The notes beneath the pieces were generated by a model. The model was not told the DNA's origin, ran no database searches, and saw nothing but the letters and a program-made list of their open reading frames with translations. Below, in pieces: positions 19,731-30,602 of a DNA stretch of 64,000 nt; within the stretch, counting starts at the first letter, position 1; the number at the start of each line of letters is the position of its first letter. Source of the DNA: Planctomycetota bacterium (GTDB lineage: Bacteria; Planctomycetota; Phycisphaerae; WQYP01); contig JAKAEZ010000001.1 in the NCBI GenBank assembly GCA_021819825.1, forward strand, positions 71,600-135,599. Direction: 5' to 3'. The translations under genes were made by a program, and so were the position numbers.

Positions 19731-22700
19731 TATGAATACCAAACAGCATCTAACCATTGATGGCAACGAGGCGGCGGCAAGCGTGGCCTATCGGACCAGT
19801 GACACCGCCGTGATTTATCCGATTACCCCGTCAAGTCCCATGGGCGAATTTTTTGACGACTGGTCATCACGCGGCCAGAAAAATATTTGGGGCGATGTGC
19901 CGCAGGTTGTGGAAATGCAAAGTGAAGGCGGTGCCATCGGCGCGGTCCACGGCGCTTTGCAAGCGGGAGCAATGTGTACCACTGGCACCTCTTCGCAAGG
20001 CTTGCTGCTGATGATTCCAAATCTTTACAAGATTGCCGGCGAACTTACGAGCTTTGTCATTCAAGTGGCAGCGCGTTCTCTGGCCACCCATGCGTTGTCC
20101 ATCTTTGGGGATCACTCGGACGTCATGGCTTGCCGACAAACCGGATTTGCCATGTTGGCCTCCATGAATACCCAAGAAGCCCACGATCAAGCGGCTATTG
20201 CGCTGGCCGCCAGTTTGCGCAGCAGAATTCCGTTTATTCATTTTTTTGACGGTTTTCGCACCTCGCATGAGCTTAATGGCGTCGACATGCTTACCGACGA
20301 TCAGTTGCGTACGCTGATTCCCCAGGCATGGGTCACGGCCCATCGTCAGCGTGCGCTAACGCCAGATGCTCCCGTGTTGCGCGGTACAGCTCAAAATCCC
20401 GATACTTTTTTTCAGGCACGGGAAGCCGCAAATTCCTTTTATGATGCGCTGCCGCAAATTGTCCTTGAAGAAATGCGGCGTTTTACCGAATTGACCGGCC
20501 GGATTTATCAGCCGTATGAATATCGCGGCCATCCGCAGGCCACGCGTGTGATCATCATTATGGGTTCCGGCGCTGAAACTACCAGCGAAACCGTGCGACA
20601 CCTGGTGGAAAAAGGGGAACGAATTGGCTGCATCATCGTGCGACTGTACCGTCCTTTTGCCGCCGATATGCTGGTCAGTGCCATCCCCACCACGGCCCGA
20701 AACATTGCGGTCATGGATCGCTCCAAAGAGCCGGGCTCCGCGGGAGAACCGCTGTATCTGGATGTTGTGACAGCTTTGGCCCAGGCAATGATGGTGCGTG
20801 CATTGCCCATGGGAGAAATGCCGCTGGTGATCGGTGGACGTTACGGCCTATCAAGCAAAGAATTCACGCCCGCGATGGTCAAGGCGGTATTTGATGAGTT
20901 GGGTAAATCTAATCCCAAACCGCGCTTTACCGTAGGAATTAATGACGATGTCACCCACCTGTCAATAATGGTGGACCACAGTTTTGATCTGCCCATGGGT
21001 GATATGGTGCAGGCATTGTTCTACGGCCTGGGGGCCGACGGGACCGTCGGTGCCAACAAGAATTCCATCAAAATTATCGGCGATCAGACGAATCTGCACG
21101 CCCAGGGCTATTTTGTTTACGATTCGAAGAAATCAGGGGCTATGACGATCTCGCATTTGCGATTCGGCCATGAGCCGATCCGTGCGCCCTATCTGATCCG
21201 CAAAGCCAATTTTGTTGCGTGCCATCAATTTGAATTTCTCGAACGCATGGACGTTCTGGAGATGGCTGCGCCGGGATCGGTTTTTCTACTCAACGCGCCA
21301 CTGGACCGTGAAAAGGTCTGGGATCATCTTCCGGTAGAAATTCAGCGGACGATCATTGAGAAACGTCTCAAGTTCTTCGCGATAGATGCCAATAAAGTGG
21401 CACGGAATACCGGTATGGGCCGGCGCATCAATACGATTATGCAGACCGCGTTTTTTGCCATATCGGGAGTTTTACCGCGCGATTCGGCGATTACCGCAAT
21501 TAAAAAGGCAATCAAAAAGACTTATGAAAAACGCGGCGATGAGATTGTCCAACGCAATTATGAGGCGGTCGACCAAACCTTGGCGAATCTGCATGAAATA
21601 CCCGTTCCCGCCACCGCAACTTCCACCATTCGACAGGAAAGCTTTGCCCAGTCGGCCATGCCTGATTTCACCCGTCGCGTACAGGCGGTGATGATGGCCG
21701 GAAAGGGCGACTTGTTACCGGTTAGTGCGTTTCCGGTGGATGGCACGTGGCCGACCGGCACGACCAAGTGGGAAAAACGCAATATTGCTGTAAGTATTCC
21801 GGAATGGGACCAGCAGTTCTGCATTCAATGCAACAAGTGTGCTTTTGTCTGTCCGCACGCCGCCATACGAGCCAAAATTTATGATCAATGCGACTTGGCT
21901 GGCGCTCCGACGTCATTCAAACACGTGGCCTACAAAGCTCCGGACTTTAAGGGCATGATGTATACGCTGCAGGTGGCTCCGGAAGACTGCACGGGATGTG
22001 GATTATGCGTGGAGGTTTGCCCGGCGAAAGACAAAGCCAATCCGAAGCATAAAGCCATTAACATGGCCCCGCAAATCAGCATTCGCGAGCGGGAACGCGA
22101 AAACTTCAATTTTTTCCTCAATATCCCGGAGTTGGATCGATCGCGCATCACACGCCTGGATGCCAAAGCCAGTCAATTTCTGCTTCCGCTATTCGAATTC
22201 AGCGGAGCCTGTGCGGGCTGTGGAGAAACACCCTATATTAAACTGCTGACCCAGTTGTTCGGAGATCGGCTGATTATCGCCAATGCGACGGGCTGTTCCT
22301 CGATCTACGGCGGCAATCTCCCCACAACACCGTACACAACCAACCGCGACGGGCGCGGGCCGGCGTGGAATAATTCCCTGTTTGAAGATAATGCAGAATT
22401 CGGCTTGGGGATGCGATTAGCTCTGGACCAGCACATTCGCCAGGCGCAGCGTCTGGTAAAACAACTCGCCGGCCGTATTGGCGATACGCTAAGTACCGCA
22501 CTTCTCGAAGCAGATCAATCGTCGGAAAAAGGAATTGCCGAGCAGCGCAATCGCGTGTTGGAATTACGAAAGCGTCTGGTGGATATCAAAGAACCCGAAT
22601 CCACGGTTCTGGGACAAGTCGCTGATTATCTGGTACGCAAAAGCGTGTGGATTCTCGGCGGCGATGGATGGGCGTATGACATTGATTTTGGCGGCTTGGA

Positions 22701-23343
22701 CCATGTATTAAGCCTGCTTTTTGATGTCAATGTTCTGGTGCTGGACACGGAAGTATATTCCAACACCGGCGGTCAAAGTTCCAAGAGCACGCCGATTGGC
22801 GCTGTGGCTAAATTTGCCGCCGCCGGAAAAAGCACCCAGAAAAAAGATCTCGGACTGATGGCGATGAGTTATCGCCATGCGTATGTCGCCAGCATCGCGT
22901 TTGGTGCTAATGACAATCACACCGTTCGAGTCTTCAATGAAGCGGCGGCCTATCCCGGCCCGTCTTTAATAATTGCTTACAGCCACTGCATCGCGCATGG
23001 GTATGATCTCACATACGGCATCAACCAGCAGAAATTGGCGGTGGATAGCGGCGTGTGGCCATTGTATCACTACGATCCGCGACTCATTACGGAAGGCAAG
23101 CCGCCTTTGCAAATTGATTCACCAAAACAGAAAGCCAATGTACGCGATTACATGCGTAATGAAACGCGGTTTTCCATGATCGAAAAAATTAATCCCGAAA
23201 GATTCCGCATGCTTTCGGAAGCCTCCGTGCGGAATACCGCCGAGCGACTGGCACTGTATACACAATTGGCGGGGTTTGCCTTTCCGGAAACTCAGGCTCC
23301 GAGTCAAAGCGAACCGACCACCACCACTGCAAAAGGAGAATAA
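19731..23343 (+). CDS. nifJ: Pyruvate:ferredoxin (flavodoxin) oxidoreductase, single-polypeptide PFOR/NifJ
   Basis: Length ~1200 aa with an N-terminal MNTKQHLTIDGNEAAASVAYRTSD, two ferredoxin-type CxxCxxCxxxCP motifs (CIQCNKCAFVCP; CTGCGLCVEVCP) and a TPP domain (GGDGWAYDIDFGG). ATG at 19731 with RBS AGGA. Confidence 0.95.
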
Positions 23344-23347
23344 TACT

Positions 23348-24370
23348 ATGGATATGTCTACCAACTATATGGGCTTTGATCTTCCTCACCCGCTGATACC
23401 GGGAGCTTCGCCGATGGCCAATGACATTGACACGGTCCGACGTCTGGAGGATGCCGGCGCTCCGATGATTATCATGCCTTCGATTTTTGAAGAGCAGTTA
23501 GTTCAGGAGGAAATCTTTGTAGATTGGGCGCTTACGCAAGGGGACGAAAACTCCGGCGAAGCGTCGGGGTATTTGACAACACCGTATAATTTCCGGCTCG
23601 GCCCCGATGCCTATCTTAAACAGTTGCAGAAAATAAAATCTGTTGTGCGCGTCCCGGTTATCGCCTCACTCAACGGCCGCACGCTGGGCGGATGGACCTC
23701 TTACGCCAAGCAGTTGCAGCAAGCAGGTGCCGACGGTATCGAGTTAAATCTTTACGATTTAGCCTTGACTGCGTTTCGTGACTCCACGGATGTTGAACGC
23801 GACATGCTGGCGATCATACGGGACGTGCGCAAGGTGGTAACGCTTCCATTGGCGGTGAAGCTCTCCGGCTTTTACACATCCCCGGTGCACTTTGTCGCGC
23901 AGGCCGCAAAAGCCGGAGCGGGAAGTGTTGTGATCTTTAACCGCTTTTACCAAGCGGATATTGATATTGACAATCTGACGATAAAACGCGAACTCAAGTT
24001 ATCCACATCGGATGAACTTTTGCCGCGCCTGCGCTGGGCGGCGGCCATCAGCGGGCAGGTGGATTGCCAGTTGGCTATCACCGGCGGCGTCCAAAATGCG
24101 CGCGATGCCGTCAAATGTCTTATGGTCGGCGCTGATGCCGTACAGGTCGTTTCCGCGCTTCTGGAGTATGGTCCGGATCACCTGAAGGTGCTGCGGGACG
24201 CTTTGGCGGAGTGGCTGCGGGCCAATGAATATTTGTCGGTTAAGCAAATGAAGGGGTCCATGAGTATGGCGCGATCCCCGGAGCCGGAATTGTTCGAACG
24301 CGGCAATTACATTCGCATTCTCCAGGGATGGAAAAAAATGGAAAGCGGTATGGAGTTATTCTGGAGCTAA
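23348..24370 (+). CDS. Dihydroorotate-dehydrogenase-like (class 1 PyrD/DPD-like TIM-barrel flavoprotein) family protein
   Basis: DHOD-like TIM-barrel signatures (…PVIASLNG…, LAVKLSGFY, ITGGVQNARDA). Sits 5 nt after nifJ with RBS AAGGAG. Confidence 0.7.
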   Translation: MDMSTNYMGFDLPHPLIPGASPMANDIDTVRRLEDAGAPMIIMPSIFEEQLVQEEIFVDWALTQGDENSGEASGYLTTPYNFRLGPDAYLKQLQKIKSVVRVPVIASLNGRTLGGWTSYAKQLQQAGADGIELNLYDLALTAFRDSTDVERDMLAIIRDVRKVVTLPLAVKLSGFYTSPVHFVAQAAKAGAGSVVIFNRFYQADIDIDNLTIKRELKLSTSDELLPRLRWAAAISGQVDCQLAITGGVQNARDAVKCLMVGADAVQVVSALLEYGPDHLKVLRDALAEWLRANEYLSVKQMKGSMSMARSPEPELFERGNYIRILQGWKKMESGMELFWS

Positions 24371-24373
24371 GTC

Positions 24374-24808
24374 ATGCATGAAGTTTCGATTGCGGAATCG
24401 TTGATCGCGTTAATCCGGCGGCACATGCCGACAAACGGGAAGCTGATCCGGGCCACCGTGCGTATCGGCCCCATGCACGGCGTGGTGTCGGAGGCCATGG
24501 GGATGGCGTGGAATATCGCCAGCTCGGAAGCGGGCTGGCCCGCAGCGCAACTGAACATTATAACTCCGCCCTGGCGCTTACGATGCGTGTCATGTGGACG
24601 GTGCTGGGCACCTGCAACGGTTGATGAACATTGCGTCTGTGGTTTCACGAAGGCTGATATTATGGGCGGCGATGAATTTCAGTTGGATTCCATCGAAGTG
24701 GACTGTCCGGTAAAACATTCTAAGCGAAGGTCCACGGCTGGTGTCCGTGCACGCGGCAGAACCCTCAAAAAAGGAGTTAACCATGAGCACCAAAGTTCCA
24801 ATTGTTGA
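24374..24808 (+). CDS. hypA: Hydrogenase nickel-insertion metallochaperone HypA, with a C-terminal extension
   Basis: MHEVSIAESL N-terminus and a Zn site (CVSCGRCW…CVCG). About 30 extra residues follow the usual end, and the 3' end overlaps hypB. Confidence 0.85.
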   Translation: MHEVSIAESLIALIRRHMPTNGKLIRATVRIGPMHGVVSEAMGMAWNIASSEAGWPAAQLNIITPPWRLRCVSCGRCWAPATVDEHCVCGFTKADIMGGDEFQLDSIEVDCPVKHSKRRSTAGVRARGRTLKKGVNHEHQSSNC

Positions 24809-25457
24809 AAATGTTCTTAAACTCAACGATGAAATGGCGATTCAGAATCAGCGATTATTTCAACAGACCGGCGTATTTGTGGTGGATTTAATCGGTGCGC
24901 CCGGCGCGGGAAAAACAGCCTTGTTGGAGCTTACGCTCCGTCAACTCAAGGGTGTTTTGGACATCGGTGTGATCGTCGGTGATCCGGCAACCTGCCGCGA
25001 TGGAGACCGTCTGGCCAAGCATTCGGAGCATATCGTACAGGTCAATACCGGAAGCGGATGCCACCTTGATGCCAATCAGATCCGCCATGCCATGAATAAG
25101 CTTAAACTTGCCGATCTCGATTTGCTTATTATCGAAAATGTTGGCAATCTGATCTGCCCGGTCTCATTTAATCTTGGTCAGAACTGCAAAGTCGGCATGT
25201 TTAGTGTCAGTGAAGGCGACGATAAAGCCGCCAAGCATCCGAATCTGGTCGTATCGGCGGATGCGCTAATTCTTAATAAAATTGATCTATTGCCCTATAT
25301 TCCCTTTGATCTCGAATGCTTCCGTCAGGATGTGGCACATCTTAATCGAACCGCCCCCCTGCTGGAAATTTCCGTTGCCCGCAATCAGGCCAAAGCCTGG
25401 CTGGACTGGCTGACAGAAAACGCAAAACGGCCGGAGCACCTTACGAAGTCCAATTGA
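24783..25457 (+). CDS. hypB: Hydrogenase nickel-incorporation GTPase HypB
   Basis: P-loop GAPGAGKT and a CH…GSGCH metal-binding region. ATG at 24783 with RBS AAGGAG; the track start at 24741 was rejected. Confidence 0.9.
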   Translation: MSTKVPIVENVLKLNDEMAIQNQRLFQQTGVFVVDLIGAPGAGKTALLELTLRQLKGVLDIGVIVGDPATCRDGDRLAKHSEHIVQVNTGSGCHLDANQIRHAMNKLKLADLDLLIIENVGNLICPVSFNLGQNCKVGMFSVSEGDDKAAKHPNLVVSADALILNKIDLLPYIPFDLECFRQDVAHLNRTAPLLEISVARNQAKAWLDWLTENAKRPEHLTKSN

Positions 25458-25512
25458 GCCGACCAGGCATAAATGAGAGGCGAAACATAAGGTCGGATTT
25501 CATAAGAGCTTT

Positions 25513-26886
25513 TTACAGTTTTTCCAGCTCAGCGATGATGTCGAGCACCGCTTTTTTGCCGTCCGCGAAATACATCAGGCAGTTTTTGGCGGCAAAAAGC
25601 GGATTGGGAATGCCGGCAAAACCGGAACTCAGGCTGCGTTTAATCACAATTACCGTGCCGGCTTTATCCACATTCAGAATCGGCATGCCTGCGATGGGAC
25701 TATTGGGATTATCACGCGCATCGGGATTCACCACATCATTGGCACCATTGACGATCACCACATCCATGTTTTCAAATTCCGGATTGATTCGATCCATTTC
25801 CATAAGATGATCATAGGGAATATTGGCCTCCGCCAGGAGCACATTCATGTGGCCCGGCATGCGCCCGGCGACCGGATGAATACCGAATTGCACATCCACC
25901 GAGCGTGATTCCAATAGCTCAAATAGCTGCCCCACGGCGTGTTGCGCTTGCGCCACCGCCAAGCCGTAACCCGGCACAATGGCCACACGGCGGGCACCGT
26001 CCAAGATGGCAGCCACTTCTTCGGCGTTGACGCTTTTTATATTTCCGCCGTAAATATCATCGGATTTTGCGGCCTTGCCGGCTTGTACCTGGCCGAACAG
26101 CACATTGATAAAAGATCTGTTCATCGCTTTGCACATGATCATCGCCAGGATGAAGCCTGATGATCCTTCTAAAGCACCACCGATGATTAAGAGTTTATTG
26201 TTCAGGACAAATCCCATGGCGGATGCGGATAAGCCCGCGTAACTGTTAAGTAATGCGATGACTGTGGGCATATCGCCGCCGCCGATCGGCAGAATCAGCA
26301 TCACCCCAAACAGCAGACACAGGGCGATAAAAATTGGAAATACCAGCGGGTTGGCGGGAATAACAACCACCATGGCTCCGGCGATGATCGATGCGCCTAA
26401 TACGGAAATACTGGCGACGTTCTGAAAGGGATAATTCATGGGCTGTGTGGGCAGTATTTCCTGCAGCTTTCCCGCCGCCACAAGACTGCCGGTAAATGTC
26501 AGGTAACCCAGGAGCGATTCAAACCCGATGGCAACAAGCGTGGAGGTGCCCAATGATGCCCCGTGGGCGTAATATTCCGCGGTTCCCACCAGCGCCGCCG
26601 CCAAGGCTCCAAAGGCATGAAATAGGGCAATCTGTTGCGGAACGGCGGTCATGGGAATCAAAAGGGCCATCGGAAGCGCCGCCGCAATGGCGATGGCGAA
26701 GGCGATGAAAATCCAGTCATAATGCCGCACTTCCGGAAGAAAAAGCGTGGCAATAATCGCGGCAGCCATGCCAATTTCTCCGGCCAGCACGCCCCAGCGC
26801 GCGGTTTTGGGGCTGCTTAGCCACTTCAACGACAGCGCAAAAAGCATAGCCGCAGCCAGATAAATCAAAATGACATAAGCAGGCAT
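25513..26886 (-). CDS. pntB: NAD(P) transhydrogenase beta subunit PntB
   Basis: Full-length similarity pattern to PntB (membrane domain plus NADP(H)-binding dIII). Start placed at the ATG at 26884-26886 (MPAYVILIYLAAAMLF…) by comparison with the E. coli N-terminus. The track start at 26955 is GTG and less likely. Confidence 0.9.
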   Translation of the reverse strand: MPAYVILIYLAAAMLFALSLKWLSSPKTARWGVLAGEIGMAAAIIATLFLPEVRHYDWIFIAFAIAIAAALPMALLIPMTAVPQQIALFHAFGALAAALVGTAEYYAHGASLGTSTLVAIGFESLLGYLTFTGSLVAAGKLQEILPTQPMNYPFQNVASISVLGASIIAGAMVVVIPANPLVFPIFIALCLLFGVMLILPIGGGDMPTVIALLNSYAGLSASAMGFVLNNKLLIIGGALEGSSGFILAMIMCKAMNRSFINVLFGQVQAGKAAKSDDIYGGNIKSVNAEEVAAILDGARRVAIVPGYGLAVAQAQHAVGQLFELLESRSVDVQFGIHPVAGRMPGHMNVLLAEANIPYDHLMEMDRINPEFENMDVVIVNGANDVVNPDARDNPNSPIAGMPILNVDKAGTVIVIKRSLSSGFAGIPNPLFAAKNCLMYFADGKKAVLDIIAELEKL

Positions 26887-27006
26887 AACTTGGCGATGGG
26901 GTAAGAATTTGGCCGTTGCGGCGATGATCGATACAGGTAAATAGGAACTTATCACAAGGTGCTCCCGTGGCTAGAGGTTTAAGTAAACGACAGGCAGGCT
27001 TTGAGA

Positions 27007-27300
27007 TCACTGCGACTTGCGCTTCTTAAACATCTTGAGCATACGATCGGTCATTAAAAAGCCCCCCACCACATTGATCATTGAGGCCGTCACCGCAATG
27101 GTCCCCAACACCACGACCATAGTGGTGTTGTGTCCCGCACCGGTCACCGCAATGGCTCCGACCACCGAGATCGCCGAAATCGCATTGGTCAGCGACATCA
27201 GGGGAGTGTGGAGTTGGGGCGAAACGCGGCGCACCACTTCATAGCCCAAAAACGCCGCCAGCGCAAAGACAAACAAATTGGATTCCAACGATGGATTCAT
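27007..27300 (-). CDS. pntAB: NAD(P) transhydrogenase alpha subunit, membrane part 2 (PntAB)
   Basis: A ~97-aa protein made of three TMs ([23 protein letters not shown]…), lying between pntAA and pntB. The split-alpha arrangement is known from Rhodospirillum. Confidence 0.8.
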   Translation of the reverse strand: MNPSLESNLFVFALAAFLGYEVVRRVSPQLHTPLMSLTNAISAISVVGAIAVTGAGHNTTMVVVLGTIAVTASMINVVGGFLMTDRMLKMFKKRKSQ

Positions 27301-27390
27301 ACAAGGTTCTCCAACAAAGCAATCATTGCCTATTTTACCGACCGGCTCCGGCGGCTTTGTGTGCCGCACGCTTAGTTCCGGTCCGAGCGT

Positions 27391-28581
27391 TTAGCCCGTG
27401 CTCGCCGCAGCATCCGGGGATTCCAGTTCCGGCAGGCCCAGTAGCTCACGCACACGCGGGTTAAGAATGACACCCTCCCGCATGACCAGCATCTCACGCG
27501 TAATTTGATCCTGCAAATCCAGGAGGCATTGCCCATTTTTGACCAGATGCTTTAATACATTAACCATATTGTTGGCATACATTTGACTGGCGTGAACCGG
27601 CAGTGTGGCGGTGAGATTTGTCGGCCCCAGAATCGTGACACCCTGATGCACCACCACTTCATCCGGGCGCGTCAGGGAACAATTGCCGCCGCGCGAAGCC
27701 GCCAGATCAACAACGATCGAGCCGGCTTCCATTCCGGCAACCATGTCGTCGGAAATCAGAATCGGCGCTTTTTTCCCCGGTACGGCCGCCGTGGATATGA
27801 CGATATCCGCCTCACTGACGCTATGGGCCATTAATTCTCTCTGCCGCCGCTGCTCTTCGGCCGTTTGCTGCCGAGCGTAGCCAGCGGGAGTTTGCGCTTC
27901 CGCGGCCTGCAGGGGCAACTCGATAAATCGGGCACCCAAACTTTGTACCTGCTCTTTGACCGCAGGCCGCACGTCAAACGCACTGACTTGCGCCCCCAGC
28001 CGCCGGGCCGTAGCAATCGCCTGTAGCCCCGCCACCCCGGCTCCGATAACAAACACTTTGGCCGGGGTGATTGTGCCGGCGGCGGTAATCATCATGGGGA
28101 ATATTTTTCCCAGTTTTTCCGCCGCGATCAACACCGCCTTGTACCCTGCGAGGCTGGCCATGGAGGAAAGTGCATCCATACTCTGGGCACGGGTAATGCG
28201 CGGCACCAGTTCCATCGCAAGAAGAGTCACAGCAGACTGTGATAACAACTGCATGGCGGATTTATCCGTCAACGGATCGGCAAATGCAATGATCACCACA
28301 CCACGCTTTAGCTCCGCCATATCCGCACCGGAAGCGGAAGTATTGGCACCTAAGGCATGCACCTGCACGAGAATATCCGTCTGCCGCAGCAAGGTTATGC
28401 GATCGGGCACTACCGTTGCCCCGGCCTTGGCATAAGCCGCATCAGGAAAGCCGGCCGCCACCCCTGCCCCAGATTCAATGTGGACTTCCATCCCCTGCTT
28501 CACGAGACTGGCCGCTGCCGCCGGAGTAAGCGCTACCATCTGTTCGCCGGGAAAAACTTCTTTTAAAGCCGAGACGATCAT
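27391..28581 (-). CDS. pntAA: NAD(P) transhydrogenase alpha subunit part 1 (PntAA; alanine-dehydrogenase/PNT fold, NAD(H)-binding dI)
   Basis: Motifs VFVIGAGVAGLQA and AlaDH/PNT N- and C-domains. Start placed at ATG 28579-28581 (MIVSALKEVFPGEQ). Confidence 0.9.
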   Translation of the reverse strand: MIVSALKEVFPGEQMVALTPAAAASLVKQGMEVHIESGAGVAAGFPDAAYAKAGATVVPDRITLLRQTDILVQVHALGANTSASGADMAELKRGVVIIAFADPLTDKSAMQLLSQSAVTLLAMELVPRITRAQSMDALSSMASLAGYKAVLIAAEKLGKIFPMMITAAGTITPAKVFVIGAGVAGLQAIATARRLGAQVSAFDVRPAVKEQVQSLGARFIELPLQAAEAQTPAGYARQQTAEEQRRQRELMAHSVSEADIVISTAAVPGKKAPILISDDMVAGMEAGSIVVDLAASRGGNCSLTRPDEVVVHQGVTILGPTNLTATLPVHASQMYANNMVNVLKHLVKNGQCLLDLQDQITREMLVMREGVILNPRVRELLGLPELESPDAAASTG

Positions 28582-28742
28582 AACAGGACTTCCATATCTA
28601 CAAAGATATAATGATCCCGGTTCGGAATTTTTGCAAGTCAGTACATAGGATCGCCTCAATAGAAGCCTGTCCAAGTAACGCCGGTCGACGGGATGGCCGT
28701 AATTCATTCAATGCGGCGGCACTGAGAGGCCGGCAGATCGGC

Positions 28743-29510
28743 CTAAACAATAAATTTAGATAAATCCTCCCGTCGGGATCGCAGGGTCAGCATCATCACC
28801 TGCGGCGGACAGAACAAACGAAGGCGCAATCCCGCTTTGCCAATGCCCCGATTGACGATCAGCCAGGTATCGGCAATGCGATTTAATCCGGTGCACATAT
28901 TCGCCGGCAGCACATCATGCCCGATGATCGGACTTCCATCCGGATAACATATTTGTCCGCCATGCGTATGCCCCGCCAGACACACATCCACTCCCGCCGC
29001 AACCGCGGAATGGATAAGATCCGGATAATGCAACAGCATAAGTTTAAAGTCAGTGCTCTGGACGTTGCGCATGGCGGCGGGAATATCTGTATCGCTGCGC
29101 CGATGCTGGGCCACGCCAATTAGCGCCAGTCGTTGGCCACCCCGTTCAATAATGACCGACTCATTGGCCAGCATCACCGCCCCCCCCGCCACCAGCGCCG
29201 GCCCCAACTCCAGTGAATCATGATTACCGAGGATAAAGTAAGTTCCCAATGTGGTATGAATGGCGGAAATCAGACGCTGAACGTTAGGCAGCGTCTTTTT
29301 CCATTTCCAACTGCGGTGCCCCAGATCACCTGTGATAACGGCCAGATCAGGTTTCAGCGTCGCTATTTGATCGCTCCAGTGCTGCAACTCGGCGGTCCAT
29401 CGTGTAATGTGCAGATCAGAGAGGTGCAAAATACGTATACCGTCAAACGCTTCGGGTAAGCGATCAAGCATCAGTTCAAGATATTCTACTTCAGGCATAG
29501 TCGCATCCAA
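28743..29510 (-). CDS. Calcineurin-like metallophosphoesterase
   Basis: Motifs ILHLSDLHI, GDLG and GNHD…GHTHGG. The start is ambiguous: TTG at 29510 or ATG at 29498. Confidence 0.75.
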   Translation of the reverse strand: MDATMPEVEYLELMLDRLPEAFDGIRILHLSDLHITRWTAELQHWSDQIATLKPDLAVITGDLGHRSWKWKKTLPNVQRLISAIHTTLGTYFILGNHDSLELGPALVAGGAVMLANESVIIERGGQRLALIGVAQHRRSDTDIPAAMRNVQSTDFKLMLLHYPDLIHSAVAAGVDVCLAGHTHGGQICYPDGSPIIGHDVLPANMCTGLNRIADTWLIVNRGIGKAGLRLRLFCPPQVMMLTLRSRREDLSKFIV

Positions 29511-29660
29511 CTGCGCCGAACGTTACTCTCCGGAAACAAATTCCCAGAGCACGGGGCTTACACCTGAAGATTCTATACTGCCGAAGTGTCGGCGGTACAG
29601 CAGCCACTCGGGAAGCTCGTCAAATGCTGGATTTACCGCCGCCCGGCAGCTTGGGCCGGC

Positions 29661-30341
29661 TCAGGCCGCGTGAAATGCCGAGGGGCATAACTTGGCCAAG
29701 TAACACTTTTCACAGGCGGGCTTTCGCGCTGCACACACCGCGCGGCCATGCGCAATAAGCAGATGCGAAACCAGGGTCCAATCGCTACGCGGAATCAAGG
29801 CCATCAAATCGTTTTCCACTTTTTCCGGATCATCGTGTTGTGACAAACCCAAGCGTCGGGCCAGTCGCCCCACATGCGTGTCGACCACGACGCCAACCTG
29901 TTGGCCAAACGCATTGCCCAATACCACATTGGCCGTTTTACGCCCGACCCCCCGCAACGCAGTAAGCGCTTCCATGGTACTGGGCACTTCCCCGCCATGA
30001 GCCGCCATAAGATGTTGGGCGGTTTGCTTTATGGACTTCGCTTTTGCCCGGAAAAATCCGGTGCTTTTAATAATGTCTTCAAGGCGTAAAATATCCGCCT
30101 TCGCCAACGATGCCGCATCGGGAAATTGCTTAAAAAGTATTGGCGTAACCATGTTGACGCGCACATCAGTGCATTGCGCGGAAAGAATGGTGGCAATCAG
30201 CAATTCCAATGGCGAATGATGGTCCAACGCGCAATGCGCATCAGGATACATTTTTTTCAGCAATGCCAGAATCTGATCACAGCGTTTTCGCCGAGCGGCA
30301 GCGCTTTCCCGAAACTTATTTTTTTTCCCAACTTTTTTCAT
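29661..30341 (-). CDS. nth: Endonuclease III (DNA glycosylase/AP lyase, HhH-GPD with 4Fe-4S)
   Basis: HhH-GPD motif (LPGVGRKTANVVL) and C-terminal Cys4 cluster (CAARKPACEKCYLAKLC). Confidence 0.9.
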   Translation of the reverse strand: MKKVGKKNKFRESAAARRKRCDQILALLKKMYPDAHCALDHHSPLELLIATILSAQCTDVRVNMVTPILFKQFPDAASLAKADILRLEDIIKSTGFFRAKAKSIKQTAQHLMAAHGGEVPSTMEALTALRGVGRKTANVVLGNAFGQQVGVVVDTHVGRLARRLGLSQHDDPEKVENDLMALIPRSDWTLVSHLLIAHGRAVCAARKPACEKCYLAKLCPSAFHAA

Positions 30342-30602
30342 AATCAGCCAGACCCTTCACCCGTTCTTAATCGGCTTGTTCATGCGCCTGCCTCAAGGGC
30401 CAAAAAACCAAGACGTTCGCCACAAGACCACAAACATACCGCAGCCAGTTGGCGTTTGGGCCTCAGTCGCATGGGCACCGGTGAGAGTATTATAGAATTT
30501 ATGCGCAGCATTTGCATAAGATGAGGCGTTGGCGGGTGTTGTACCGTATGTATTCTTGTATTAGCATGTCCAAGGCTCCGGAGATACTGCGGGAATAACA
30601 TT

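Noticed and set aside
25457-25520. Possible bidirectional terminator between the convergent hypB and pntB
   Set aside because: Only weak 6-bp stems with a 25-nt loop, plus T-runs. Not convincing by eye.
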